Origin: Paraspadella gotoi
Lineage: Eukaryota > Animalia > Chaetognatha
Direction of reading: 5' to 3'
Assembly (NCBI GenBank): GCA_051294375.1
Contig: CM119266.1
Span: 22,730,638-22,794,637, forward strand
DNA length: 64,000 bases
Below are positions 37,401 through 50,899 of this stretch, piece by piece (within the stretch, counting starts at the first letter, position 1; each line of letters begins with the position of its first letter). The position numbers and the translations under genes are program-made. The notes under the pieces were generated by a model. The model ran no database searches. It was not told where the DNA came from and saw nothing but the letters and a program-made list of their open reading frames with translations.

Positions 37401-39848
37401 AGGAGATTGAACCTAAACAAGANNNNNNNNNNNNNNNNNNNNNNNNNNNNNNNNNNNNNNNNNNNNNNNNNNNNNNNNNNNNNNNNNNNNNNNNNNNNNN
37501 NNNNNNNNNNNNNNNNNNNNNNNNNNNNNNNNNNNNNNNNNNNNNNNNNNNNNNNNNNNNNNNNNNNNNNNNNNNNNNNNNNNNNNNNNNNNNNNNNNNN
37601 NNNNNNNNNNNNNNNNNNNNNNNNNNNNNNNNNNNNNNNNNNNNNNNNNNNNNNNNNNNNNNNNNNNNNNNNNNNNNNNNNNNNNNNNNNNNNNNNNNNN
37701 NNNNNNNNGGAATATTCTTTCTCGGTCGGGACGGCAGAGGGCACGAAAGGGCACATGGAGTAGAACGACGCTGTAAAAGGATACGAAGAAAAAAGCTAGA
37801 ACAAAGAAGCGGACATGTCTGTTTATAATTTTGAAACGAATATTTTTATCTTTTTCGAATAAGTCTTACGCTAATTTAGAATTTAGAAATTTATTAAAAT
37901 ATCAGCGTAACACTTCTAAAAATTATTTTTCCCTCTCATCAACCTGTGTGGAGAGAGAAAATATGAATAATATCTTTCTTCTATGTTTTTTTTCGAGTCC
38001 GGTGTTTTATCAAATAAATAATAGAAAAATGTTATAAAATTAGTGTAAAAATAATTAGAAAGTTATTGATTCAAAAGGAAAAAAGGGAACGAAAAGAAGA
38101 TGAAGGAACGAAGAGAAATATTTAAAAGAGTCAGAAGACTCAGAAAGAACTTGGGGTTACAAAACTTCAATTTTCAGGAGATAATTTTGATGTTTAACCA
38201 CCATTTCGATATCGTCTTTATTCTCCTCCCTTTATAATTCTTCACTTTTCAACTTTACCATCCATCTTTCGTTCTTATAGATTTTATTTTTCCATCTCTC
38301 CATCCTTCACATCTCGCGTAATACTCTCCCCTTGTCTCCCTCACCCCCCACATTTTTCACCCCAAATATTTTCTTCCCATTGACTGGATTCAAGGCCCCA
38401 CGACCCCGATCCATCACCCCAACCTCTCTTCGATTCACCGCGTCCCCCAACAGAAACCTCGATCCCTGCCATCTCCAACTGGATTGCCACCTAAGCTCAT
38501 GCCACCAGAGCCACCTCTGAAAATGATTGATGATCTTGGAGCAATTCCTTACACCATAAGGAGAGAGGGAGAGCGAGAGGAAAAGCGAGGGAGAGACACG
38601 GAGAGAGAAAGAGGAGAGAAAGAGGGGTGAGAAAGAGGGGGAGAAAGATAGAGAGAAACGAGATAGAGAAAGGAGAGAGAAGAAGAGAGAAGAAGAGAGA
38701 GAGGAGAGAGAGAGAGAGAGAAGAAGAGAAGCAGAAGAGAGAGGAGAACCGAGTAAAGGGGAGGAATTAGGAAGCTTTCACAGCCGACGTTTTTTTTCTG
38801 CGTAGAAGTTGGTGGAGAAATAGGAAGTGAGACTGCCTAAGGCATAGCGGGCCGGTTCTAGAGCTAGCGTCGTGCTCTGGTCTCTCTCGTCTCTCTCTCT
38901 ATTGCCTCGTCAGCGCTGCTCTCTGCTGCTCTCCTCTCTCTACTCGCTTCTCTTCTCTGGCTCTCTCGTCTCTGTTCCTGCTCCTCAGTCTCTCTCGTCA
39001 AACTGAATAAAAACGCGCTTTAGAATTCGATGTGAATTTGGGGTAATTACAATTCTGCTGCGGTCTATGCAAGAGATTTGCTTAGATACATAGGACGTTT
39101 TTCGCTTCTTTTGCACCCAGCCTCCCTTTTTCTTTTTTCTCTCTTTTTTTTCAACTCTTTTCTATTTCTCACTATGTTTCTTTCTTCTTATATCCTCGTC
39201 TAATACAAGGCCGTGATTGCCAGGATCAAGATCAAAATGGGGGAAGAAATATCTCCNNNNNNNNNNNNNNNNNNNNNNNNNNNNNNNNNNNNNNNNNNNN
39301 NNNNNNNNNNNNNNNNNNNNNNNNNNNNNNNNNNNNNNNNNNNNNNNNNNNNNNNNNNNNNNNNNNNNNNNNNNNNNNNNNNNNNNNNNNNNNNNNNNNN
39401 NNNNNNNNNNNNNNNNNNNNNNNNNNNNNNNNNNNNTTTTTTTTTAGTTTCTTTTTCATTTGGTGAAAGGAATTTGTTTCCCATACAACTCGTGAGTGGC
39501 CTAGGGTTTTATCCCTTCTTTTATTCTTTTTATCTTCTTATTTTTCGACTTTTTTTTCATCGCGTTTTACGCGTAGTTGGCTGCTGATCGTAAATAATGA
39601 GGGAGAGAATATAAAAAAGTAGCGAGTCACACAGAAAAAGAGAGGGAGACAGAGAGAAAGAGAAAAAAAAAGAAGAAAAGACAAGAGCCAAAGAGTCGCA
39701 GGCAAAAAGAGAGAAAGNNNNNNNNNNNNNNNNNNNNNNNNNNNNNNNNNNNNNNNNNNNNNNNNNNNNNNNNNNNNNNNNNNNNNNNNNNNNNNNNNNN
39801 NNNNNNNNNNNNNNNNNNNNNNNNNNNNNNNNNNNNNNNNNNNNNNNN

Positions 39849-39883
<35 letters not shown>

Positions 39884-40444
39884 TCAGCTATAGACAGCGA
39901 CTCCATACAAGTCATCCCTTCGCGCCAATGAAATGCATCGTAAATATTTAAGCGTCTGACTTTTACAGCTCGTAAACGCCGTATTCCATTCTCTCTCTCT
40001 TTTGGCTCTATATATCCGTTTTTCCCTCAGTCTCTCGCACTCAGCGTACCATGAGGGCTAAAAACTGCCTTTGTAACCCGAAACTAGGCGGCGACCGGCT
40101 TCTGCGGCCCCCGAGGCGTTAGCGTTGGCGAGATAAAATATTCGCCGCCGTTTTCCACTTCTTTTTTTTTTCTTTCTTTCTTTTTTCCTTCGAAGCCTGA
40201 TTGGTATTCAGTGACTGCGGTGCCTCTCACCTGATTCCAAGCCAAAAACCCGGCGGTGGTGTTGCTACCTCGCGCCGTTACTCGTTCCCAATAACCGAAC
40301 CCTATGCTTTTTAACAGAACCCTTGTTTTTTAAAGTTGTATACAACTTATCTGTCTTTACTTTTCTCTTTGTTTTTAATTTCCTTTTTCCTTTTATTTTC
40401 TCTCTCGGACTTGATATTTTAAACTTATTGGTTCCTTGGTTTTT

Positions 40445-42342
40445 CTTATTCTACTCATCGTGCCCCCTTATTTCTTATTTTCCTCCTCCCTTCCTTCCCA
40501 TTTTCCTAACTCCACCCCGCCTCCCCCTTCATCTTCTCCTCCCCTTCCTTTCTCCTCCGTCCCCTCCCCTCCCCGATCCTCCATCATCCTCCAGGGTTCT
40601 CGCCTGAAATGCAGATACGCAATTATCAGACGACGACAGATACATGGTAATATCACGGCCTCTTCCTCTCGATCCTCGGGGAAACCGGGGCGAATGATGA
40701 GGAGGGGGGAAAAAGGGGGGGAGAGAGGAGTGGAGGAAGCAAGAGGAAAAGAAGGAGGAATAGAGGAAGAAAATGCCGAGGATGGAGGAAAGGAAAGAGA
40801 ATAGAAGACGGAAGGAAAGAGTTAGGAACGGAAGAAGTAAAAAGAGCGAGGAAAAACGGATAGATAGATAGATAGATAGATAGATANNNNNNNNNNNNNN
40901 NNNNNNNNNNNNNNNNNNNNNNNNNNNNNNNNNNNNNNNNNNNNNNNNNNNNNNNNNNNNNNNNNNNNNNNNNNNNNNNNNNNNNNNNNNNNNNNNNNNN
41001 NNNNNNNNNNNNNNNNNNNNNNNNNNNNNNNNNNNNNNNNNNNNNNNNNNNNNNNNNNNNNNNNNNNNNNNNNNNNNNNNNAAGAAAGAAAGAAAGAAAG
41101 AAAGAAAAGGTAGGAAAACGAAAGAAAGGAGTGGAAAAATCTTCTTCGAAGTTCCTCTGGAAAAGAGGGAATGAAAAAATAGGTTCCTTCCTTCGAGAAG
41201 AGAGATTGAAATGAAAAACTTGAATCTTTATAAGAAAAAATGAAAAAAGAATATCTAGGGAATGTTTTTTATGTTCCTTACCTCGAAGTCGACTTCGTTA
41301 TGAAAGATAATGAAAATTAGAAGCAAAATGTATATTAACCAAGATATGAGCGAAATCCGTCAAGTGACCCGGTAAAAATTTGTGTAGAAAACGCGAATGA
41401 AAACCCACAAAAAAAAAGATATGACCACCTTAGTCTGGGAGAACTGCGTCTTCATTACGGGTCCGTTAAAACCGCGTTTCGCCTTTTCCCTCGTAAATAT
41501 CACTTACGCCACGAGAGAAAAAAAGTATCCCGTATTTAAAAAAAAAAAAAAAAGAGGCGTCGTTAGCGCCAGTTTAGCGCCATTTTCCGCCGGTTTAGCG
41601 TCGCTACGCCGCATCGCGTCATAGATATACACCATTTCCGGCGGCAGGCACGCGTAGGGGCGGNNNNNNNNNNNNNNNNNNNNNNNNNTTCAAATATCAT
41701 CTTAATAATGATAAAATCGAAGGACAAAATTGAACTCCTTAAAACGGGACGCATCGCTACCGAAGTCTGATCCATCGCATCGTTGATGAGTGACCAGTTT
41801 CTGACAAACTCTCCTATCGCCTCCTTCTTTTGACCTCACTGACTTGTTTCAAATGTTGACCCTACTCTCGCTTCTCTACTTAACTTTCATCTCATCTGCA
41901 TTTCCTTTTTTGGTAAACTCGTCAACGTTATAAAAATATAACTTTAAAAAATATAAAATGACTGCTAATGGATTATTTTACTAATTCTATATCCTTAGGT
42001 TCCTTTAAAGAAATTTCCCCATTCAATTTCATGAATACGGCACTCTTAAGCAAGAAAAAAAATTCTAGCTGCCTCAAGAATGTCCGCACTAGCCTCCCCC
42101 GCGATCCTTTGCAATTTCTTTACCTGTGAAAATAAGCAAGGGACAATGCGGCAAAAATTTGTATAACCCGGTACAAAAATATGTATATATATATTATGTG
42201 TAAATCCTTTCTTTTTGTTTGTGTTTGTAGATTAGGGAACAGTTTTGAATAAATCAATTGTTTGTTGGCAATATATATATATAATGTCTTTCTCATCTCT
42301 CTCTCTACTCTCTCTCCTCTCTCTGCTCTTCGTCTCTCTCTC

Positions 42343-42387
<45 letters not shown>

Positions 42388-42605
42388 CCCTCGTCGGAAG
42401 ATTAATCTCTCTTCCGTTACCCTCTGGTTTACTGTTGCTTTTTACAACTGTTCCGACAAGCCGGTTTTCCCACCCCGTATAATCTTTTTCTCATCTGTTC
42501 GTTTCTTTCTTTTGCCTCTGTTTTTTTATTCTTAACGTCACTTGTCTTTCTTTTGCTTCTTTTTTCTAGAGTAAAAGGGAAGAGAAGACGAGAAAGAGAG
42601 AGAGA

Positions 42606-42647
<42 letters not shown>

Positions 42648-44121
42648 GAGAGAGAGACGAGAGAGAGAGAGAGAGAGAGAACCGGGCGAGCGCGTGAATT
42701 TCGATTCGGTTTTGGCTTTCGGATTGGCCGATTCATTCCAATCTCGGTCTCTGATTGTCAACGAAGACGGCAGCAATCGGTCGCCCAGCGCCCTCCTTTC
42801 GGCGCGGACCGAGGGACTAAAGGAGGATTTCTATTGTCTATCCTCGGCGCGCGTCTTGACTGCCGGTGTCGCTCGGGAGGCGTATTGGAGAGAGGCTTAG
42901 CCAGTCGCGAGAGTGGTGAGTCTTTTCGTTGGGCGTGCTTTGGCCGAATAGTAGACCGTGCCTCACCCTCTCGCGCAAACTGGAGAGAGAGTATTATAAA
43001 GAGAATAAGAGAGAGCGAGAAGAAGAGAGAGAGAGAGAGAGAGAGTAGATGAGAGCAGAGAGAGAGTAGAGACGAGAGAGAGTCGCAAGATGAGAGAGAG
43101 AGTAGGCCGACGATAGATAACGACCCATTAGAGATTGATCAGACGAAGGCGGTTGGCGAGAACGGCCGCTCAGGGCCGCCCTTTTCCCGTTAACCGCCAC
43201 CTGTATCATACCGACTATGCTCGCTCCACTACCACCCTCCTCTCCTTTCTTCTCTCTCCTCCTATCGCTCTCTATCATCCCCTTCAGATCAACAATCTAA
43301 CAAATCATACGCCTCATCTCTGCTCTCCTCCCGCCCGCGTTGCCTGCCCGCCGGAATCCGGGTATATCTATGAGTCCGATGCGGCGTCCAGCGATCGTCT
43401 ACTCAAACCGGCGAAAATGGTCGTACACACCTGGCGCTAACGACGCCTCGCGTTCTTTTTTTTTTTCTTAAATACGGGATACCTCTTTTTTCCTCCTTGC
43501 GTGGCGTCAAGTGATCTTATCTTACCGTAAGGGAAAAGGCGAAACGCGGTTTTAAACGGACCCGTAAATGAGACCGTCACGTTCCCCAAGACTAAGTTGT
43601 TGTTCATATCTTTTTTTTTGTGGTTTTCATTTCGCGTATTTCTACACAAATTCTTTTACGGAGCGTCGTCACTTGATTCGGATTTTCCGTCTCATATTCT
43701 TGGTAATATACCATATTGTTTCTTCTAATGTTTCCATCTATCTTATCATAAACGGCAAGTGTGGGCGACCTTGCCGAGTAGAGGGGGAACATAATAAACC
43801 TAAACATTCCTCCTAGATAATTCTTTTTTGCAATATTTTCTTTATAAGATTCAAGTTTTTCATTTTCAAATGCTTCCCCCTCCCTCTCCTTCTCGAAAGA
43901 AGAAGGAAAACCTATCATTTTTCATTCCCCTCTTTTCCCAGAGTAACTTCGAAGAGATTTCCACCTCCCTTTCTTTCGTGTTCCTGACGTTTTCTTTCAT
44001 TACTTTCACTTTCCTTTCCTATTCCTTTCTTTTCATTTCTTAATCCTATCTATCCTATCTTACCCTCTATTGCTATCTCTCTATCTATCTATCTATCTTA
44101 TCTATCTAAACCTCATCTATC

Positions 44122-44158
<37 letters not shown>

Positions 44159-45123
44159 CTCTATCTATCTATCTATGTATCTATCTATCCGTTTTTCCCT
44201 GCGCTCTTTTTATACTTCTTTCCGTTCCTAACCTCTTTCCTTCCGTCTTCTCATTCTCTAATTCCCTATTCCTCAAAACCCTCGCCGGCAATTTTCTTCC
44301 CTCCCTATTGCGCTCCACTCTCTTTTCGCGGGTCCTTAGGCGTTATCCTCCACTCCTCTCTCACCCCATTAGGTCCCCCGGCTGCCTCATCATTCGCCTC
44401 CGAGGTTTTCCCCGAGGAATCGAGAGGAAGAGGGCCGTTGATATTACGCATGTATCTGTCGTACGTCTGATAATTGCGTATCTGAACATTTCAAGGCGAG
44501 AACCCTGGAGGGATGAACTGGAGGATCGGGGAGGGCCGAGGGACGAGGAGAAAGGAAGGGGAGTGACAAGATGATAGGAGGAGGCGGGTGGAGGTAGGAA
44601 AATGGCTGAACCGGGAAGGGAGGAGGAAAAAATAAGAAATAAGGGGCATGATGACCCTAGAATAAGAGGGGGAGGGGCGGCTGGCGGCGGTGCTGCGTTT
44701 TCGTTTGACATTCGCGCGAGAATTTGAGATGAATCGGCCGACACTCCGAGAGCAAATACTGCGAATCGGAAATAGAAACCACGCGCTGCGCCCCGGTCTC
44801 GATCCCTCTCGTCTCTCTCCTCTCTCAAATCTAACATCTCTCTCTCTCTCTCTCTCGTCATCTCATCTCTCATCTCCTCCTCTCTACTCTCTCTCTTTCT
44901 CCCTCGTCTCTTGTTTCTCCTTCTCTCCTCTCCGCTCTTACTTCAGAAAAAGAAGCCAAAAGAAAGAAGTGACGTTAATGAATAAAAAACAGAAGGCAAA
45001 AGAAGAAAGAAAGATGAGAAAAGATTTCGGGGTGGAGAAACCGGGTCGGATACAGTTGTAAAAATACGAGCAAGCAGTCAAACCAGAGGGTACGGAAGAG
45101 AGATAAATCTTCGACGACGAGGT

Positions 45124-45206
<83 letters not shown>

Positions 45207-47393
45207 TATAGAGGAGAGAGAGAGAAGACATTAATATATATAATGCAACAAGAGGCGATAACAATTGAATTATTCAAAACTCAACTCGCTACTACACAAA
45301 ACCTAAAAAGAAGGATCTTAACACAAATAAAATAATTATAATATCAGTAGTTGTGTGACTACGGTGGTTATTAACATTTTGGCCACGGCATGGTCTTGCT
45401 TATTTTCACAAGGAATTAAGAGATTGCAAAGGATCGCGGGGGGCTAGTGCGCGACGAATTCCTTGAAGGCAGGCTAGAAATTTTCTTGCTTCAAGAGTGC
45501 CGTATATCATGGAAATGAATGGGAAATTTCTTAAAGGAACGCTAAGAGAATATCAGATTAGTAAATAATCCATTAGCAGTCACCATTTTATATATTTTTT
45601 AAAAGTAATATTTTTTTATATAACGTTGACGAGTTATTACCAAAAAAGGAATGAGAATGAGATGAAAGTTAAGTAGAGAAGCGAAGTAGTCAACATTTGA
45701 ACAAAAATACAGTGTGGGTCCAAAAAGAAGGAGGCGATAGGAGAAGTATGTCAGAAAACTGTCCTCATCAACGATGGCGATGGATAGAACTTGGTAGCGA
45801 TGCGCTCGTTTTAGGTTTCAATTTGTCCGATATCGATTTTATCATTATTAAAGATGATATTTGCAAAGTACGTACGTACGTATCTGAAGGAAGAAAAAGG
45901 CCATAGAAATAGATCAAGCCACATTGTGCTGTTATAAACCACGAGCAAATGGTAGGTGCGCCAGCAGTCACCATGTCCGAGAGAGGACCTAGAGGCACAA
46001 CAGACGATTTGGTGTGGTGCATCGGCAGACATTCCCTGGGACACGAGAGAAATCCCATCATTAAACACTCTTTGGCCCTTGAGTCACGCTTCCGCGCTCT
46101 CCCAAACTTTTCACAGCGACGCGCGAAAAATAAAAACACGCGCTTTATTCAGTTTATTGTTTTCCTTTTTAGCTTGGTTAAATACGGATTTTAAAATAAG
46201 ACCCGGATTAATTGGATTTACCTGAGAAAAAAAAAATCAATAAAAGGAATATCCAATAAATTAAGAAATGAAAGCGTCGATGAAAAAGGTCCGAGAAGAG
46301 GAAAACTTTACTAAAGAGAATTAATGAAGTAAAAATTGAGAAAGAGAATGGCGAGGAAATCGAGCAGAGGAAGAGAGGAGAGAGAGAGAGAAGAGAGAGA
46401 GAGCAGAAGAGAGAAGAGAGAGGAAGATTGGCCACATTTGTATTGTCACATTTCTTCGGGAGAGAAAGGGGAGAGGGGAAGGCAAGGGTAAGATCTTCCT
46501 CGTTCAACCGGTCCCTCTCTATCTCTCTCTCTACTCGTCTTCCATTTTCCCCGTCATCCGCAGCCGCACCGCACAAACTCATAAAAGTTAAGGAATCATC
46601 ATTTTCGCATAACCATAATCTTCCAAACATGAGCTTCATTCTGGCGGACCGGGACCGAAAAAAAGAATTCCTTGTTGAAAGAAGAAGACTGGCTGCTCTG
46701 TCGTTCATGCTCGGGACCCAACAACTGGAAAATTTGTAAAAGTTAGTTTATTTTTTTTCCTCGCAGCGGGCGCTCTTTCTCTCTTTCTTTCCTTTCTCTC
46801 TCTCACACTCTTCGATATCTTTTTCGTTTGACGGCTCAACATTACAAAGCACATTTAATGGAGAAGGCAAAAATACCAGAAAATCATAAGTACGTACGTA
46901 CGTATCTGAAGGAAAAAAAGGCCATAGAAAATAGTCAAGCGCATTGACTGTTATAAACCACGAGACAAATGGTAGGTGCGCCAGCAGTCTACTTGTCCAG
47001 AGGGACTGAGCCAACAGACGATTGGTGGGTGCATCGGCAGACATTCCCCTGGGAGAGACACCCAGTCATTAAACAACTCTTTGGCCTTGAGTCAACGCTT
47101 CCCGCTCTCCACTTTCACGCGACGCGCGAAAATAAAACTCACGCTTTATTCAGTTTATTGTTTCCTTTTTAGCTTGGTTTAATACGGATTTTAAAAAACC
47201 CGGATTTAATTGGATTTACTGAAGAAAAAAAAATCATAAAAGGATATCCAATAAATTAAGATGAAAGCGTCGATGAAAAAGTCGGAGAAGAGGAAAACTT
47301 ACTAAAGAGAAGTAATGGAAGTAAAAATGGAAAGAGAATGGCGAGGAAAATCAGCAGAGGAGAGAGAGAGAGAGAGAGAGAGAAGAGAGAGAG

Positions 47394-47429
<36 letters not shown>

Positions 47430-47859
47430 GCCACATTTGTATCTGTCACATTTCTTCGGGAGAGAAGGGGAGAGGGGAAGGCAGGGGTTAGATCTTCCTC
47501 GTTTCAACCGGTCCCTCTCTATCTCTCTCTCACTCGTTCTCCATTTTCCCCCCTCATCCGCGCCGCAAACCGCACAAACTCCATAAAAGTTAAGGAATCA
47601 TCATTTTCCATACCATATCTTCCAAAATGGCTTCATTCTGCGGGACCGGGACCGTAAACGATCCTTGTTTGAAGAAGAAGAAGCTGGCTGCTCTTCTTCA
47701 TTTGCTCGGGACCCAAACAACTGGAAAATTTGTAGTTAGTATTTTTTTTTCTCGAGCGGGCGCTCTTTCTCTCTTTCTTTCCTTTTCTCTCTCTCACACT
47801 CTCATATCTTTTCGTCTTGACGGCTCACTTTACCGCATTTTGGAGAGGCAAAGAATCAT
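40445..47859. other. Nested inverted and tandem duplicates around the 25-N gap at 41664-41688 (probable assembly artefact)
   Basis: 40445-41663 matches the reverse complement of ~43325-44667. 41689-~42790 matches the reverse complement of ~44670-45865. 45866-46887 is repeated directly at 46888-47859; both copies start AAGTACGTACGTACGTATCTGAAGG. The copies differ mainly by indels. Confidence 0.88.
40859..40886. repeat. (GATA)n microsatellite running into a gap
   Basis: GATAGATAGATA; the reverse-complement copy (TATC)n lies at ~44045-44190. Confidence 0.92.
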
Positions 47860-47929
47860 TTTTTTCCCCCCGTGCTCGACCCTTTCTCGTTTCTCTCTTT
47901 TTTTCTTCTCTCTCTCTCTTCTCCCTCTT

Positions 47930-47978
<49 letters not shown>

Positions 47979-49001
47979 CCTCTCTCTCTTTCCTTTTTTA
48001 TTTTTTCTTCTCATTTTCTCTCTCCTTATTTCTCTCAAATTCTTTACTTATCTTTTTCTTCACTTTAGTTTCCCTTTCTCTCTTCAATTTCCCAAACCCG
48101 GTTTTCCTTTTTAAGCCTGTGGATGAGGAGAGGTGGTTTCAGAGCCGAGTGATGAATAGAGACGAGGAGGAGGAGGCGAAAGGAAGAGGAATCAGAGAGA
48201 GAGAGAGAGAGAGAGACGCTCTACCCCTTCAACTTCCGGTGGCTGCGGCTGCGTCACCAACGCCGCGCTCGCGTCTCGTTTCACCTCGAAAGCTTACGAC
48301 GATAGAGACGGAGTGAACGGTATGACGTGGGGACCAACGATGCGAGGAAGAGCGGCTCGGTGGAAGAGGAAAAAGAGAGAGACAGAGAGCGAGAGGGACG
48401 CCCAGAGAGTCGACGACACGAGAGAGACACGAGTTCGAATCTCGAGCCAGAAAAGACTCGAAGCTCTCGTTATCTCAAAGGGGAGAAGGAAGAGCGATCG
48501 AAGAGGAAGAGCGAGACCGAGCAGACGACGACGACGAATCGAACGACGATAAAGACGACGACGACGCCGTAGCGCGCTGCTGGCACTCGGAGAGAAGGAG
48601 AGAGCGAGATAAAGAGAAAGAGAGGCTCATTTGTCATGTTTTAATTTGTTGTTTGGTGTCGCTATTCGCTTTAGCATCCCCATGCATCATGGCGGCCTCC
48701 TTGGCCCGCAGCTGCTGCCGCCGCTGTCGACGCAGCCGTTGCCGCGGTGGCCGACGCGCCGCTAACTTTGACCCTCTTTACCGTATGTGGTTCCGAATAT
48801 TTGGTAGCCCGTAACGTAGAGGGTAAGGATTTTTGGGTTACAGGTTTAGGCCCCCGGAAAATTAACCACGGTTTATGAAATCGTCTCGGGAAGGTAAAGC
48901 GGAAACGAGGGAATGGAACATAAACAAAGTATATGCGGAATCGTGGTAAGATTCTTCCATTTCATAGCCGTCTCTCTCTCTCTCTCTCTCTCTCTCTTCT
49001 T

Positions 49002-49033
<32 letters not shown>

Positions 49034-49491
49034 TCTCTCTCTCTCTCTCTCTTCTCTCTCTTCTCTCTCTCTCTCTCTCTCTTTCTTTCTCTCTCTCTAA
49101 ATGGTCCGAGCAGCTGGTTGCGAGGCCTCAGACGTCCTTCCTACTTTCTCAAGAAGGGATTCCTTCAATTTTTTTAAAAAATCTTCAAAAAATGTTTTCG
49201 AGACCAAGGTTCGTATTCAACTAAATTCGATTTTCTACGATATACAAAATAAATAGAAAAAAAATTGCCTGAGAAGAATATTTATGCGTTTTTCTGCGAT
49301 TTACTTAAATGCATGTTGATCGTTTATTTGTTTGCTTTTCTGTTCTTTTTGTCAAAAATAAACATATTTGATATGAAAATAAAATTAATCCTGACTTAGA
49401 AACTTTTAATATGTTTCGTTTTAACGGGATGAGCAATACAATTTTGGTTAATAAACTCTACCTTTTCAATTTGGTTGAAAATAAAATGATG

Positions 49492-49635
49492 ATATGAAAT
49501 TGGTACAACCAATATAAAAATTATCCATCCATTTAATAAATAAGCTATCTTGTCCCTGACTTTGGACAGGCTTTGGTGGTTTAAGGCCTCCATCACACTT
49601 GCAAGATAATAACATAGCAGGTTTCTGCAAGCTTT
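49492..49635 (+). repeat. Dispersed repeat family, copy 1
   Basis: ATATGAAATTGGTACAACCAATATAAA...TAAGGCCTCCATCAC...CTGCAAGCTTT, homologous to 50749-50899 (inverted), 53784-53900 and 59174-59235. Confidence 0.85.
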
Positions 49636-49971
49636 AAATATATAAACGATTTCAATATAACAAAAATTATAGTTTCTTTCTGTCCGAAAAATCTTCACCT
49701 CTTGAAGAAACTAAGATAAATCAAAAATGAGAAAAAAAAATAGAGAGAGAGAAAGAAAGAGAGAGAATAAGCGTAATTGAGTGAGCTAAGGTGTGTGACA
49801 AAAAGGGTAGGAGAGATATTTTAATGGGATCGGAGGGTCTAACTTATATTCATCCTCGATGCTCTATATTTGGCCGAAGAGTGGGATAAAACCTCTCCTC
49901 TGCCCCCGGGCCAGGCATGGCGCGACCTCAGGCTCAGGGTCACGGAAAGATGGCGATGTAAGAAACCCGTT

Positions 49972-50030
<59 letters not shown>

Positions 50031-50182
50031 TCGACGTGGCGAGAAATTGTGTTAGATGCCACTAACACTATCTCTCTCTCTCTCTCAGTCTCTCTTCTTT
50101 TGACGACAGTATTGAGCTCAAAATTGATTCCATAAAAAATAAAAAAAAGGATCAAATATCGCTGAATTGACGCAATTTTGCA

Positions 50183-50235
<53 letters not shown>

Positions 50236-50394
50236 TGAGATAATAATTTTATGAGACTCGATATTATAACGTATTCTTTGGCCCTCAACAGATGAGGTCA
50301 GGAATGTAAATGCAAATGGAATCGTAGCAGAGGGTAATAAGGACGATAAAAAGATGGTAAATATTCGGGGCCGAAGGGATGTCACGGACGTAGG

Positions 50395-50546
50395 AGTTGG
50401 AGATTGGGCTGGGGGACAGGGCTGGGGATGGGGGTGATTGGGGTGATTTGAGAGGGGGACAGGGCTGGGGATTGGGGTGATGGTGGAGGGGTTATTGGTG
50501 CGATTGGGGTGAGGGACAACGCTGGGGATGGCGGTGATGGGGCCCT
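50395..50546. repeat. G-rich degenerate tandem repeat (GGGACAGGGCTGGGGATTGGGGTGAT-like x3) with G-quadruplex potential
   Basis: More than ten G3-G5 runs on the + strand within ~150 bp. Confidence 0.75.
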
Positions 50547-50748
50547 GAGGAAAAAGGACTGTTATATATACCAATTTCAAAAAAATCAGCTTCTTGTATT
50601 TTGATGATAGTACAATATAGTATTCTCTGATCTAATACTTAAGGGAGTTTGGTCTTTTCATACAATTGAAACATTCTTTGAAATATTATACCTTTCCAAT
50701 GACAGGAACTTTGGGAGTGAATAAACGAGACTGTGAGAGTATTGCTTG

Positions 50749-50899
50749 AAAGCTTGCAGGGAACGGCTTTGTCATTATTTTGTAAGAGTGATGGAGGCCT
50801 TAAACCACCATAGCCTGTCCAGTGTCCAAAGTCAGGGGTAAGAAAGCTTATTTATTAAATGAATGGATAATATTTATATTGGTTGTACCAATTTCATAT
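50749..50899 (-). repeat. Dispersed repeat family, copy 2 (inverted relative to copy 1)
   Basis: AAAGCTTGCAG...GTGATGGAGGCCTTAAACCACCA...TATATTGGTTGTACCAATTTCATAT. Confidence 0.85.

Noticed and set aside
45866-47859. 1-kb tandem duplication with similar ORFs (MVGAPAV...) as a gene duplication
   Set aside because: The copies differ by frame-breaking indels, and the boundary coincides with the end of the mis-oriented gap-fill segment.
48352-48450. tRNA/SINE-like A box (GGCTCGGTGG) and T-arm/B box (CGAGTTCGAATCTCG)
   Set aside because: The intervening sequence is AG-repeat; there is no cloverleaf, anticodon arm or second copy.
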